From Azolla caroliniana (taxonomy: Eukaryota; Plantae; Polypodiophyta): a stretch of 64,000 bases of DNA. The position numbers and the translations under genes are program-made. The notes beneath the pieces were generated by a model that saw only the letters and a list, made by a program, of their open reading frames with translations, was not told the DNA's origin and ran no database searches. Positions 38,801 through 50,520 of this stretch are shown here, in pieces (the first letter of the stretch is position 1; each line of letters opens with the position of its first letter). The stretch covers positions 3,534,001 to 3,598,000 of the forward strand of contig JBHGNT010000006.1 in the NCBI GenBank assembly GCA_043228905.1. Direction: 5' to 3'.

Positions 38801-41558
38801 GCTTTAATCTGTCGATAAGGGTGGTGAGATCGTGGTCCATGGGGCTGGGGCCTATGTGCACGATTGCTATTGCCCAATCTATTGTAACCCCTTTGTTATG
38901 CCTTGGTTGGGAGCCCATTTGTGTAGCCCTTGATTGACTTGTAGAATCAAATCACCGGTCTGCCCCTTCCACCCATCATAGTGCCCCCCCGTCCGTTACT
39001 TAACCTCAGTGCCCAATCTATTGTAACCCCTTTGTTATGCTGGTTGGGAGCCCATTTGTGTAGCCCTTGATTGACTCATAGCATCAACAGGATAGATGTT
39101 TCTAAGATCAATCTCTTCTAAGACCAATGTTGGCCTGTCTCAATGAAGGGATGTGGTTCCAATCATCGAAAATAAATAAAAAAGTGGCTTAAAGGCCTAA
39201 TAATGGGATTTAAACGGGAAAAGGGAGCATAAATAAAAGAGTTATTTCGTGGTACAAAAGTGTGATGGGGTGTAGTATGTTCTATAAAAGAATGGGTATG
39301 TGCTGAGAGAGTTTTTTCTTAACAAAGAGTGTTTATATAGAGGTTGTCTTCTTCCACATCAGTGTTCGGAGATGTTGGAGAGGCATGCAACACAAGCAAG
39401 AAAATTGTGGGACAGGTACTAATCTCGCCAATTACATGCCTTAATTATTTTGAACAACATATTTAGTGGGAAAGAAAAAAACGTAAAAAACACAATCAGT
39501 CAGGATTAACCTGTATGCCAAACCAAGCCCAAGTCAAATCGTTTTCCACTTTTCAAACGTAACCCAACCAAACCCAACCAAACCCAACCATTTAAGTTCC
39601 ACTTTCATGGCTCAAATTTTGCTCAAACCAAACCATTGCTAATTAACTGCATCCATTATTCTACCTTTGTACAATGATCTTTGGGTAAATGACTAAGTGA
39701 GGATCCTCATCTTATGGGTTCTTTGAATGCAAATTTCTTTTGCCATTAGATACAATGTGGCTTTTCAGAAAACATTCTAAATACTAAATTCTGTTGCATA
39801 TCAGAATTATGATCGAGAATTTATAGAGACTTGTAGTGGCTATCTTCTGGCCATGATGATGTTTTCCAGAAAACAGTCTGTATGATGTTGATATAACAGA
39901 AATATGATCAAGAATTTGTAGAGACTTGTAGTGGACTATCTCATCTTCTGGATATCTTCAAACGTCTCCCCTGTTTTTGGAACAAAAATTGATGAAGGTT
40001 GTTGGGAGGATGCAATAAAAAAAAGAGGTGACTATGGTGAAGGCACCATATTCTCTCATCTTACCTAGTCAAAGTCTTGGGAAGGACTCCTAATTTGAGA
40101 AATTATAAACACCCATTTATACCAAACCACTTTGTGAATGTAAATAACCATGTTACACCAAAAATAACCAAGCTGGAGGAGGCAAATCATAAAATTAATG
40201 AGAAATGGTAAATGTTGTAAATTGCAGGGGTAAGATGTTTGCTCCACTGGTGTTGCAACTACAATAAAGTCCATCCTTTATTGTTGTTCCCTGAACATAC
40301 AACTTAGGAACCTCGTTTTTTCAATGCCTTCCCAAAATGCATCTGAATGACCTCGTTTATATGTGTTTTCAATAACACCATCACATTTCCAAACATCTCA
40401 TCTAAGTGAGGTCATGAACTGCTTCGGTGGAGTTTTCACTCCCACCAGTCTATGGAACGTCAAGAAATTTGATGCAGATATAGGTGTGAGGAACCTTTCT
40501 TCTTATATTGTGATTCATCCCCACTGCTCGTATTATTGCAGCTCAATGTACTTATTGTGATATCATATCAAAGTATCTGTGCGTTTACCATGTAGAGTCT
40601 ACATAATGTCCTTTGCTGCTGAAGGGGAGATCATTAAACTTTGGAAAACCTTAGGAATATCATGACTTTGATTAGAGGCCACATAGAGGTTTTTGTAATT
40701 ATATTAGCTGTAGGATATATATCATAGAGTTATTACGGCACAGTAAGTATGGAATATAATATCTCTAATCAAAACAGAATAAACATTTCATGACGGTTTG
40801 TCAACATTATCATAACATGAATGCAGATGGCTTCTCAAAGGCCAAAGAGAGAACAAGATGGCGGATCAGTTTCTTAAGAACAACGAATTGAAACCAAGGG
40901 TTGAAACTAAACCGAGTAACATTAGAACCAAAGCAGTGAAGAGGAGGCAAGAAGTAGATAAAAACATGGATGTAAAGCTTGTCAAGAGGAAACAAGCGCT
41001 AGCTGAAATTACGAATTCGTCTAACCAGGCTTTAGTTTGTAAAGAAGTGTCTAAATTCACCAGAAATATAAGGACATCGCCAAGCCCACATGTAAAGCAA
41101 ACCTTAAATAAAAAGAGGATATTCCCCAAAAACATTTGTCCAAACTCAGCTAGGAGTATGTCCAGGAAGGACCGGAAAAAATCTCTTGTAAAGTGTCATT
41201 CTCTTGAATTGTTCCCAGAGAATGAAAGGAAACCAAAAGTCAAGTCTCACCAGCTGAAGAAAAGTTTAAGCATTAGTAAAGGAAAAGCTAGGAAAAAAGA
41301 GGTTTTAGTTATGCCTATAAATATCTTATCTTGGCATTATCCCCAAAAGGATGGCTAAAATTTGAGAGTATATGAAAAGGCCAAATGATGCCCTTTTAAG
41401 TGAGGCCATCAACAATTGTACTTCATAATTTTGTATTTTAGGGTTATGCGAGATGATCATTCTTGTGTACTATGTACAGTTCATACCCTTCCAAATTAAG
41501 AAACGGACACATGTTTAAAAGCTCTTTTTCTCTAATTTTCTTTTTTATGCAGCTATGA
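32847..41558 (+). CDS. VASH: Vasohibin-family tubulin-tyrosine carboxypeptidase (detyrosinase), about 445 aa
   Basis: Exons, all GT-AG and phase-compatible: 32847-33164, 35474-35569, 36055-36117, 36257-36316, 36919-37022, 38012-38093, 38175-38255, 39363-39415, 40827-41301, then 41553-41558 (or read-through to the stop at 41358). Joined peptide: RLRAIHQ-YISSFEY..KTRPLARIMDTAKM-MIYDPQPIKCVEAVFLALYLT-AGIANVERIPLSFKT..-VYQHIVLLV..KYGAFGISRQHDLMNK..-..YRKAYERSQHRVLRIRVGLP-..-EMLERHA. This is collinear with animal VASH1 motifs as recalled. Confidence 0.9.
32886..33010 (+). repeat. CCATC(G/T) hexamer repeat encoding a Ser-Pro tract
   Basis: Visible repeat inside vasohibin exon 1. Confidence 0.9.
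34820..35188. mobile_element. Old MITE-like element in vasohibin intron 1
   Basis: Imperfect termini ggttacacc...ggtgtcagcc and repeated AGAATA/TATTCT motifs. Related sequence at about 51885-52200. Confidence 0.45.
38871..39076. repeat. Direct duplication of about 67 bp
   Basis: tgcccaatctattgtaacccc...cccttgattgact occurs at 38871 and 39010. Confidence 0.85.
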
Positions 41559-41708
41559 AAAAAATATTTAAAGAAGAAAAAAATGTTGAACCAAGATAAG
41601 CCCCAAATAGAGCTGATAAAGTTTTTAAAATTTTATGACGAGTTTTAGAAGGTTTTGTTTATGGATGTTGTATTTATATTGCAAGGAGAACAACTATTAA
41701 CAATTTGA

Positions 41709-42026
41709 ACATCATCCACAATATTTGAGTCGTGCCACTCAAGAATTACAAATTCAAGGTATAGGAAACATTGGAACAAATTGTTTCGACAAAACATTGA
41801 CGATTGAATTGGGGTTGATACAATGGATTTATATGCACCAATGACACAATTGGGGGCGCTACACATTAAAATTCATGGACACATCATCCACAATATTTGA
41901 GTCGTGCCACTCAAGAATTACAAATTCAAGGTATAGGAAACATTGGAACAAATTGTTTCGACAAAACATTGACCATTGAATTGGGGTTGATACAATGGAT
42001 TTATATGCACCAATGACACAATTGGG
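41709..42026. repeat. Tandem duplication, period 172 bp
   Basis: acatcatccacaatatttgagtcgtgcc... occurs at 41709 and 41881, nearly identical. Confidence 0.9.
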
Positions 42027-44149
42027 AGCCTTCTACGACACAGATAATTTCATGAATTTGTCATAGCATGGATTCATATACATCAATGACACAAATGTTG
42101 GCACATACCATTGATTATGTGTACACATCGAACATCAAACCAAAGGGTCAACATTGAGTGAGTAGACATGTGTCAACAATAATCGAGACCATGCGTTCTA
42201 GGTGACAATGCATGTGCATGGAGATTGCTTGCTATGTTCACAAGCTGCCGAAGAAGTCCACAATGCAGTTGGTGTTGCTCTTATCACATTTTGTTGTGGC
42301 AACCAAGCTCAGACATCATGTTCCCTCACCGCCACTCATTGTATATGCAATGACCACTCGATTCACAATTGTTGTTGGGTGGGGGGTATAAAATTATCCC
42401 AAGAATCATTACCAATAGCACTTAAGTTGCATCACTAAGGCCATTGTTGACAACTATTCTTTGCCATTATTGTGGGGCTTTGGTTATTTGTTGATCTACT
42501 AGTTAGGTGACTATTCTAATCTCTATGGTCTACAAAAATTAATAAACTAACAAATACAACCCATTAGGATAAAGGTTAGTTGAGTCCATGATATTTAAGA
42601 TTCCTACTCATAACGTCATCCATGAAATTGCCATGACACTTTTGGTGACGTTCTACCTCAAATGCCTTAGTTCTTACCCTATACCTACAACGTCTTCTAT
42701 TTGAAGTACATGAACTAGAGAATTGGGAATCAATAGCTAGAAAGGAGGGGGGTAGTAGAATTGGAAATCAGTAGCAATGCAACATAAGACCACATTTGTA
42801 CAAGCTATTACCAAGAATGAATAGATACAAAGAATCTAATAGTAATGGAGTTCTATTACACCAAATATGCAGAACTTTGATTCATGACTAAACAATAATT
42901 ACATGCTAGAACTTAATCTATGTCCATATGTGCATATCTCTATCCAATTACCTCCAATAATTGTGTGACCTCCAAGTGACCCTCTTGATGGTTGCAAAGC
43001 ACATACAGTTGAGGAGTGACCAAGTAGTGGAGGGCCTCATGTCACTGTTGGTCCGTGGTTGCGACTGCTAGTACATGGAGATCGATGACAATCGATCATG
43101 TGAATTTTGCAACCTATGCTTGTTGAGGTGAGGCATTGTGGGTAGGATGGCACCTCAAATGGCATCCAGGTGTACACCTAAGGACATTCCTACTCAATTG
43201 GCATCCAAGTGTACATTCAAAATTGCTTGAGAGTTTAAATCTATGTAGATGTGCATTGTGGACTTTGAAAATCATAACAAGCGAAGATAGGAGCTCGAGC
43301 TTTTTAAGGCACAAACATCATTGGATTCTTGAACTTCTCAAAGAAAAAGTCATGCTAAAACAAAAAATACCACACAAAACCTAAGGAAATGAATCTTGCT
43401 TCACGGAAACAAAGGAGATCCATGAGCCATTGGGAAATCATCAAGGTTAAAAACTTCAAAGTACCTGAACCTATGTGGGCAGGTGCACCTTGAGACTTTG
43501 AAAGTTATAAAAAGCAAAGAAAAGAGCTTGTCAAAGATTGGTCTTACATGACACACTTTTAAGAATTTTATTCTTTCAATATATTCAATGTCATTCACTC
43601 AATCATGCAATACAAGAAGCCATCCATCACTTGGAAGTTGGAATACAATTTGGATAACATTTGGGTTTATTAAGCGGTAGTTAAATGGGGAATGCAAAAC
43701 AAACCAGGGACAATCACAGTCGAGCTCTTGGGCAACTTATTTGAATCTAGAAAGTGTGTTTGTTGAAGAGAGACACTTGACAAAGGTGATGTGTTGGAAT
43801 TTTAAAACATACAATTGTATAGGAACAACTTAGGATTTGATGTCAGTTTCATGGGTCATGTATTTTTAAAACATATCAATTGTATAGGAACAACAAATCT
43901 CTATCGTTGCAATCAATTGTTCAAAGGCCCATGGCCTACTTTTCATAAATTCACGTAATAATCTACCTTGATATAATTAAAATAAATGCAACCATACTCA
44001 AAAACCAATGTTATAGTTGTAGAAAGATGGTCTAATCTACTCAAAAACCACATGACATTACAAAATGATGATATTTCTACCCAAATGCATGGCATATTCA
44101 TTTATTAGCATTATGTTATCAATGATCCAATTCTTCTAATCTCGATATC

Positions 44150-44560
44150 ATCTCAAGCCTCAAACCATCCTCTACAAAACCAATATGACATTGATATCAT
44201 TTTATGTATTGAAAACCATAAACATCGACAAATTTTTTTAAAATTAAGGTGTTTGGCATTCATCTTATGCATTGTAGAAAAGCATCTTTCACATGCAACT
44301 AATGATAGTAGCAAACCAAATAGTAGCATCGTACAAAGTTTTCTCCCATTCATCATGATTACAAGAATCTTTCCAAGATTCATGCATGTTGATTTATCTT
44401 TAAAGCAATAATTGTCGTCATAATAAAATATTGCGTGTCTTATTAATGCACATGAATCCTTCCCAATTGATTGCATAACACTTGTAACCTCTACCAAATT
44501 TTGCATGTATCTAATTCTCCAAAACTTTATAGTGTTTTTAGGAAGGAAACTCTGCAACAA
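44150..44560 (-). mobile_element. Decayed hAT transposase C-terminal remnant
   Basis: LSLVACERCFSTM resembles the hAT dimerisation motif S..CERxFS. Confidence 0.5.
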
Positions 44561-45639
44561 AGAGTCACATAATGCATGCCCTAATCAAAGTTTGTGTCTA
44601 AAACTTTGACACGAATCAATCATGTGAGTATTTTCCATGGCATACATTTTATGCATATTCATATCATCACTTTTATGCATTGAACCCAAGTATAGGCGAT
44701 ATTGGTGTGACAATCAATCACCTACTGGTATAATATAGCTTTGCCATGAATTGATCATGTGGACATTTTCCACATCATACATTTTATGCATATGTGCTTC
44801 ATGAACTATATACATTGAACCCAAAAGTAGGTGTTGTTGGTGTGACACATAGTCATGTAATGCAATAATCAAATTCCATGTATAAGTTGATAGTGCAAGC
44901 ATCACTTCATCAACTTTATACATTGGACCTAGAAGTAGGGGGTGTTTTGGCATGAAATGGCTTTGGATTCTCATAAAGCACCTTTTTCATGAAAGATTTC
45001 ATATAGAATGCATATGTACAAAATGTATCACCAAAGAATGGCAATTGGAATGTTTCAATAATTGATTCGAGGAGGTGTGCACCAATGACAATGGTATTTG
45101 GACATGACTCCTCGAAATTTATTATTCAAAATATTACAATCTTCCCGAATGAAGTAGTAGAATTAGTAGAAGAAGAAAAATTCAATGATCATAAATTTAT
45201 TTATTTTGTTTAAAAACTTTGCATGGTACATTTTATTTGTTTTGTTTTTCTGTCTTTTCTTTTCTTTTTATTTATAACTTCGATTTTGTTTTTTTATCCA
45301 AAAATAAAACTCCCTGTAGGGACGCGATAGTTCCATCTTATGTGGATGCCCACTGACTCAAGAAAGGGAGAGGACGACCATTGTTGGATGAAGGCTATTC
45401 GTTGTCTTTCAACTCCATCGGAGCTGCCCTTGAGGGCATCGATTTTGTTTTTAGTAATAAAAGCAACAGAACAAAATTAATATACCGTTAATCATAAACA
45501 AATGGATAAAAATGAATAGAAATTGATTTAAATAACAATCATTTTTTATCTTTTTAACTTCCTTCCAAATGTGTATATGCTCAATTGATTAAAAATAGAG
45601 TCTCTATGAGCTCTTTGCGAAGTCGTGGCATCTCTTGGT

Positions 45640-46010
45640 GTAAAAAAAACATTAAAACCATCACTTTATGAAGTATAGAGGTGAAATATAGCATGGAGTG
45701 GTTACCCTTGTGAAGTTATGTGGCTTAAACAAATCTTTAAAGAGTTTAACACTTCGATTGATGGCTTGATAATAACCTTAGAAACATCTTATTAGCATAG
45801 AGCTTGATGTTCCATGTGCCCATGTAGCACATTGAGGTGAAGTACTATGACATCTGAGAGTAGATTGTAGCTGGAGACATTGATTTCCAGTGTCATAATT
45901 GATCGACAAATGGTAGATAATTTTACTTTAAGCACTAGAAATAAACAAGCTTGGAAAACATTGAAGCTTGGCCTAAATCTGTTTGATATATCAATGGTGA
46001 AGGGGGTAAG
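45640..46010 (+). mobile_element. Decayed copia RNase H remnant
   Basis: Remnants of EAEY, CEVMWLKQ, HIEVKYY and QMVDNFT, followed by a PPT-like gaaggggg. Confidence 0.6.
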
Positions 46011-46046
46011 AAAGAGTGAGTGGTGACAATCCAAAGTGACAACCAA

Positions 46047-46512
46047 TAGCAATGGGCGCGGTTCAGTTCGGTTTCTTGGCCTTGAAACCAAACCAAACCA
46101 TTTTTTTATATTAAAAACCAAACCAAATAGTTTTAATTTTATGAAGCCATTTAAACCAAACCGTTTTAACCAAACCTTTTATGAAAAATTTAGAACCAAG
46201 CGAAATTAGTTTATCATAAACCAAAACCAAACCAAACCTATAAACCTTTAAACCTTCAAAACTTTTAAATCTTTAAACCAAACCACATAAGTCAAAACCA
46301 CTAAACCGTGAAATTCAAAACCGAACCAAACCGAAACCGATAAACTAATAAGCCGCTAAACCATGATATTCAAAACTGAACCGAACTGAAACCAAACCAG
46401 ATCATAATATTTGAAACCAAACCAAACGGTTTATTTATCTTTGAACCAATAAACCGTTAAGCCATGGCTTAACGGTTCGGTTCGGTTCGAGCCGAAACCG
46501 TGCCCATTGCTA
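46047..46512. mobile_element. hAT-family MITE, 466 bp
   Basis: TIRs tagcaatgggcgcggtt and aaccgtgcccattgcta. Perfect 8-bp TSD acaaccaa at 46039-46046 and 46513-46520. Many AAACC(G) motifs. Confidence 0.93.
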
Positions 46513-46944
46513 ACAACCAATATGACTATTCAACATAGTTGATATAGAAATGAAGTGCTGAGATAAGATAAGCCATTCACATTATGTGTAAGCACATGTG
46601 AGTATTGACGACTACACCTCCTTTTTCATATGTAACAGAACAACCATTGTATAAATTATACAAGATATACCACTCACTCTCATCAAAAACTAGTGTGAAT
46701 ATAGAGTTATATAAGCCAAGCCCCACCTCTTTTAAAATGTGTTGATTATATAAATTCATTAAGATTTGGTTAATTGTATTCTCTTTACAAATCTTCCCCC
46801 ATTAATAATTATGTTAATGTAAGCCCTTACGTTGAGTGAATAGATTTCTATGTGAATTAGGCTATTTCATAACAATTCTGGAAAGATATGGAGCTCACAT
46901 TTTAGATATAATACATTGCCCCAAATTACAAAACCACACCAATC

Positions 46945-47371
46945 AATACATGTTAGAGCCCATGTAAGGCATTGGGGCATATGTGAGAAAAACCATGCCA
47001 TTAACACCATTGTTTTAGTCGAACTTAGCTCACATTCTCTTCAATGTGAAATGAGACAATGGGTCACACATGAGGTAACTCATCCGCTATGCCTATTTTG
47101 CCTTCAACAAGTGTGGGAGTTTAAGAGTTACACATTTTGATACAATGCGCCATGTTTGGGTTTGTTTTCCATATATAGCCAATTTGGTCCACTCCCTACA
47201 CACATTCCTCTCTCGATGTCAATCTACTACTCTCTTGATTGTAATGTTTACCAATAAACTTCTTGAAATTTGACAATAACTACTCAATTCCAAACATACT
47301 ATGTAAAAATGATTTAGTTGTAATCCAAATAAATCATATTTTATCTCTGATAACTATTAACAATAATAAAA

Positions 47372-47443
<72 letters not shown>

Positions 47444-47925
47444 AAAATTCTTTATTGTAATGTTTACCAATAAAATTCTTGAAATTTGAGAGTCACTAGT
47501 CAATTCGGCATGTACAATGCAAAAATGATTTAGTTATAATCCTAATAAATCATATTTTATCTCTGATAACTATTAAAGATAATAAAATCTCTCTCACACA
47601 CACAATCAAAATTCTTTATTGTAATGTTTACCAATAAAATTCTCGAAATTTGAGAGTCACTACTCAATTCTGCACGTACAATGCAAAAATGATTTAGTTA
47701 TAATCCCAATAAATCATATTTTATCTCTGATAACTATTAAAGATAATAAAATCTCTCTCACACACACAATCAAAATTCTTTATTGTAATGTTTACCAATA
47801 AAACTCTTGAAATTTGAGAGTCACTACTCAATTCCACAACATATATGTAAAAATGATTCAGTTATAATCCCAATAAATCATATTTTATGTCTTATAACTA
47901 TTAACGATAATAAAATCTCTCTCTA
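46945..47925 (+). repeat. Old RTE 3' fragment whose terminal segment of about 164 bp is tandemly amplified four times
   Basis: Units begin ttgtaatgtttaccaataaa at about 47239, 47455, 47619 and 47783. Each ends ataataaaatctct.. and most contain gagtcacta like the RTE tail. Confidence 0.8.
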
Positions 47926-47944
47926 TCTTCTTCTTCTTCTTCTT

Positions 47945-48412
47945 TTTTCGTAAATCAATGTTTGTTATTAAAACAAGATGATAATACAACCCTTATCTCC
48001 TCTTGGGACAACATCCTCAATCAACATAGTTGCGAAAATTGCCACATCAACTTCCCTTTCATCCTACGGAGTTGTTGTGTTACCCCATGAAGTCCATCAA
48101 ATAAGAACCCATTTCTCATGGTCCAATTAAACCACATCCCCCAATACCTAAGGTAGTCAAACACGAACTTATAAAAACCCTGTTAAAAGGTGATAGAATA
48201 TTGCCCGTTCTCGATGCCCAAATTTGTGATATAACAACCCAAATGGTTTTAGCAATCGGACATGTAATGAACCTATGTTTGGCACCTTCCTCAACCATCA
48301 TGTAAAAAAACATGTCCCGTTTGAAATATGCCTACGTTTTAAAGCCATCTCCAAAGCCAACCCACCAACAATCACACGCCAAAGAAACACCTTAGCACGG
48401 AACGAAAGATGA
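47945..48412 (-). mobile_element. 5'-truncated L1 LINE 3' end
   Basis: RAKVFLWRVIVGGL..ALKRRH..CFF and HRFITCPIAKTIW (zf-RVT region). Bounded by (TTC)n and (TC)n. Confidence 0.8.
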
Positions 48413-49614
48413 GTCTCTCTCTCTCTATGAATGGGTAAATACCCCATTTTTTGTTGTAAACCAATTGTCTCATGGGCCAATTTTGGTCTTAGAAGACGTT
48501 AATATATCCTTCTTTCTTTCTTTCCCTCACACACACACACACACACTACACGCGCATGTAGCACATCACACATCTTTCCTTCATCTAATGCATTTAAATA
48601 TATTCTTTAATTTTTGACAATTTGATTATTCAAAAGTTTTCTCTACATGGCATCCATTTTAGAGTGTGAATATGCTCCCTTAAATTCCATCCAATTATCT
48701 TCATAACTCAATAGTTGCATCTCTTGTTTTGTAAAGAATGTGATACATGCACAAAGTAATAACTCATGTTTGCAAAAACATTTTATATTTACAAAGAAAG
48801 ACACTAGATTACATTAGTATTAAGATCAATCGCCCCCGAGGTTCTACAAGAAATTATTTTACATATATATATGTTAACTACCTTTGTTTTTTGAGTTATA
48901 GATTTGCTTTAATAAATATTTCAATGTAGAGTAAAACCACTCCACCTTATAAAATATACATTTTTCCCATATGGCATGAAGTTTCAATGTAGCAATTCTA
49001 CTTGTTGAGTGACACCTTTTATATTATCCAAACAATCTTTTAGAGTATGCAGTGATGCACAATCTCTGCCCAAATTCCTGCGTTTACCTAAGCGCGTTTT
49101 TTCTCACATTTTAGAATACATTGAAGCACCTTGCCTTCCAAATATAAATCTTAGTACTACTTACCAATTGTAATATTTTAGTTTTACCAATTGCTATTTT
49201 AGGATTCAAGTGTATATTTGTTTTCTACATCATGCCATGTCTCTATAGACTATGGAATAGCATTTGTAACATTGTCCTTCTCAATGTCTCATACAACATT
49301 GGTTACAAAAGCATTGTTGTTGGAAGTTGCAAGCTACAAGGTAGCTACTAATGCTGTAATCACTATTGAAGGACATAATTATTGTAGGGGGTAGGTACAT
49401 TTATTAACCCAATAATCTCTCTCTCACACACACATATATACATACATACATATGTACATACACATACATGTGGGTAGGTGTTCTCGATTCTCAACAGTTG
49501 TAATTTTTTATTTACTTTCGATGAATGGATAAATACCCCAATTTTGTTGTAAACCAATTGTCTCATGGGCCAATTTTGGTCTTAGAAGACGTTCTTTCTT
49601 TCTTTCTCTCTCTC

Positions 49615-50228
49615 TAGATTCATGATATGGAAAAATGGTTTGGATGATGGGATGCAAGACACGTGCTTCATGATGCATCACTAGATTCCTCCGTAAATGA
49701 GGCGTTTTTGCAACGCCAATGTATCATGACATGGGACAAATGTAGGCTCACGCGTCACACATTATACTACACATGTTGCACCTAACTACAAAACCATATT
49801 CTTCGCGGATTGGGGAAACTGTACACATCGATATATGTTAGAGCCCATCTCGTTATCTACCATTCGAACCATTGCTTCCAATACGACTTACCTCACATGC
49901 ATTGCGATGTGAGACAGGGCGTTGGGGCACAAGTGATGAGAGCGGCCGGCTATGCACACTTTGCCCTGAATAAGTTCGAGAGTTTGAGTATCACACTTTG
50001 ATACAATGCTCTGCCTTTGATCATATTCGACCATGCTTTCTACATATCTTCAACTTAGTCCAATCCTTGCACGAATTTCTCTCACAACCACAATGTGCAC
50101 TCTTGATTGCGACATTCATTGGTAAAGTTCTTGAACATCGAGAGTCACTACTCACTTTCACACATATCACGTGAAATGTAATATTTTTGGTCTCATAGGT
50201 TATATTTGACCTCTGAAGATGATAATAG

Positions 50229-50232
<4 letters not shown>
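49615..50232 (+). mobile_element. RTE family A 3' fragment between TC-rich tracts
   Basis: Close match to the reverse complement of 9660-10270. Ends gatgataatagaatc followed by (TC)n. Confidence 0.9.
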
Positions 50233-50263
<31 letters not shown>

Positions 50264-50265
<2 letters not shown>

Positions 50266-50520
50266 GAAAACAGTTTCACACATATTATATCAATATCTGT
50301 GTGAAAAACACTATTTACAATGGGTGTTACAATGGAGTATGCTTTCCTACTATCTACACGGGTAGTGGAACATGATGAATTCCCAATAGGCAAGACAAAC
50401 ACTCCATTGAGGAAAGAGTTTGTATTTGCTCTAAATTCTAATAATGAAATTTGCCAAATTAGAACTCCCTTCAACTCTTTGGATTTACTCTTTGTTTTAA
50501 ATAAGAATTTGTATTTGGAA
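50264..50520 (-). mobile_element. L1 3' UTR fragment
   Basis: Reverse complement resembles 9440-9635 (ttcctcaatggagtg, catgttccactac, catactccattgt, gttttca). Confidence 0.7.

Noticed and set aside
40858-41358. Stand-alone 166-aa basic protein
   Set aside because: In frame with the phase-2 acceptor at 40827, so it is better explained as vasohibin exon 9.
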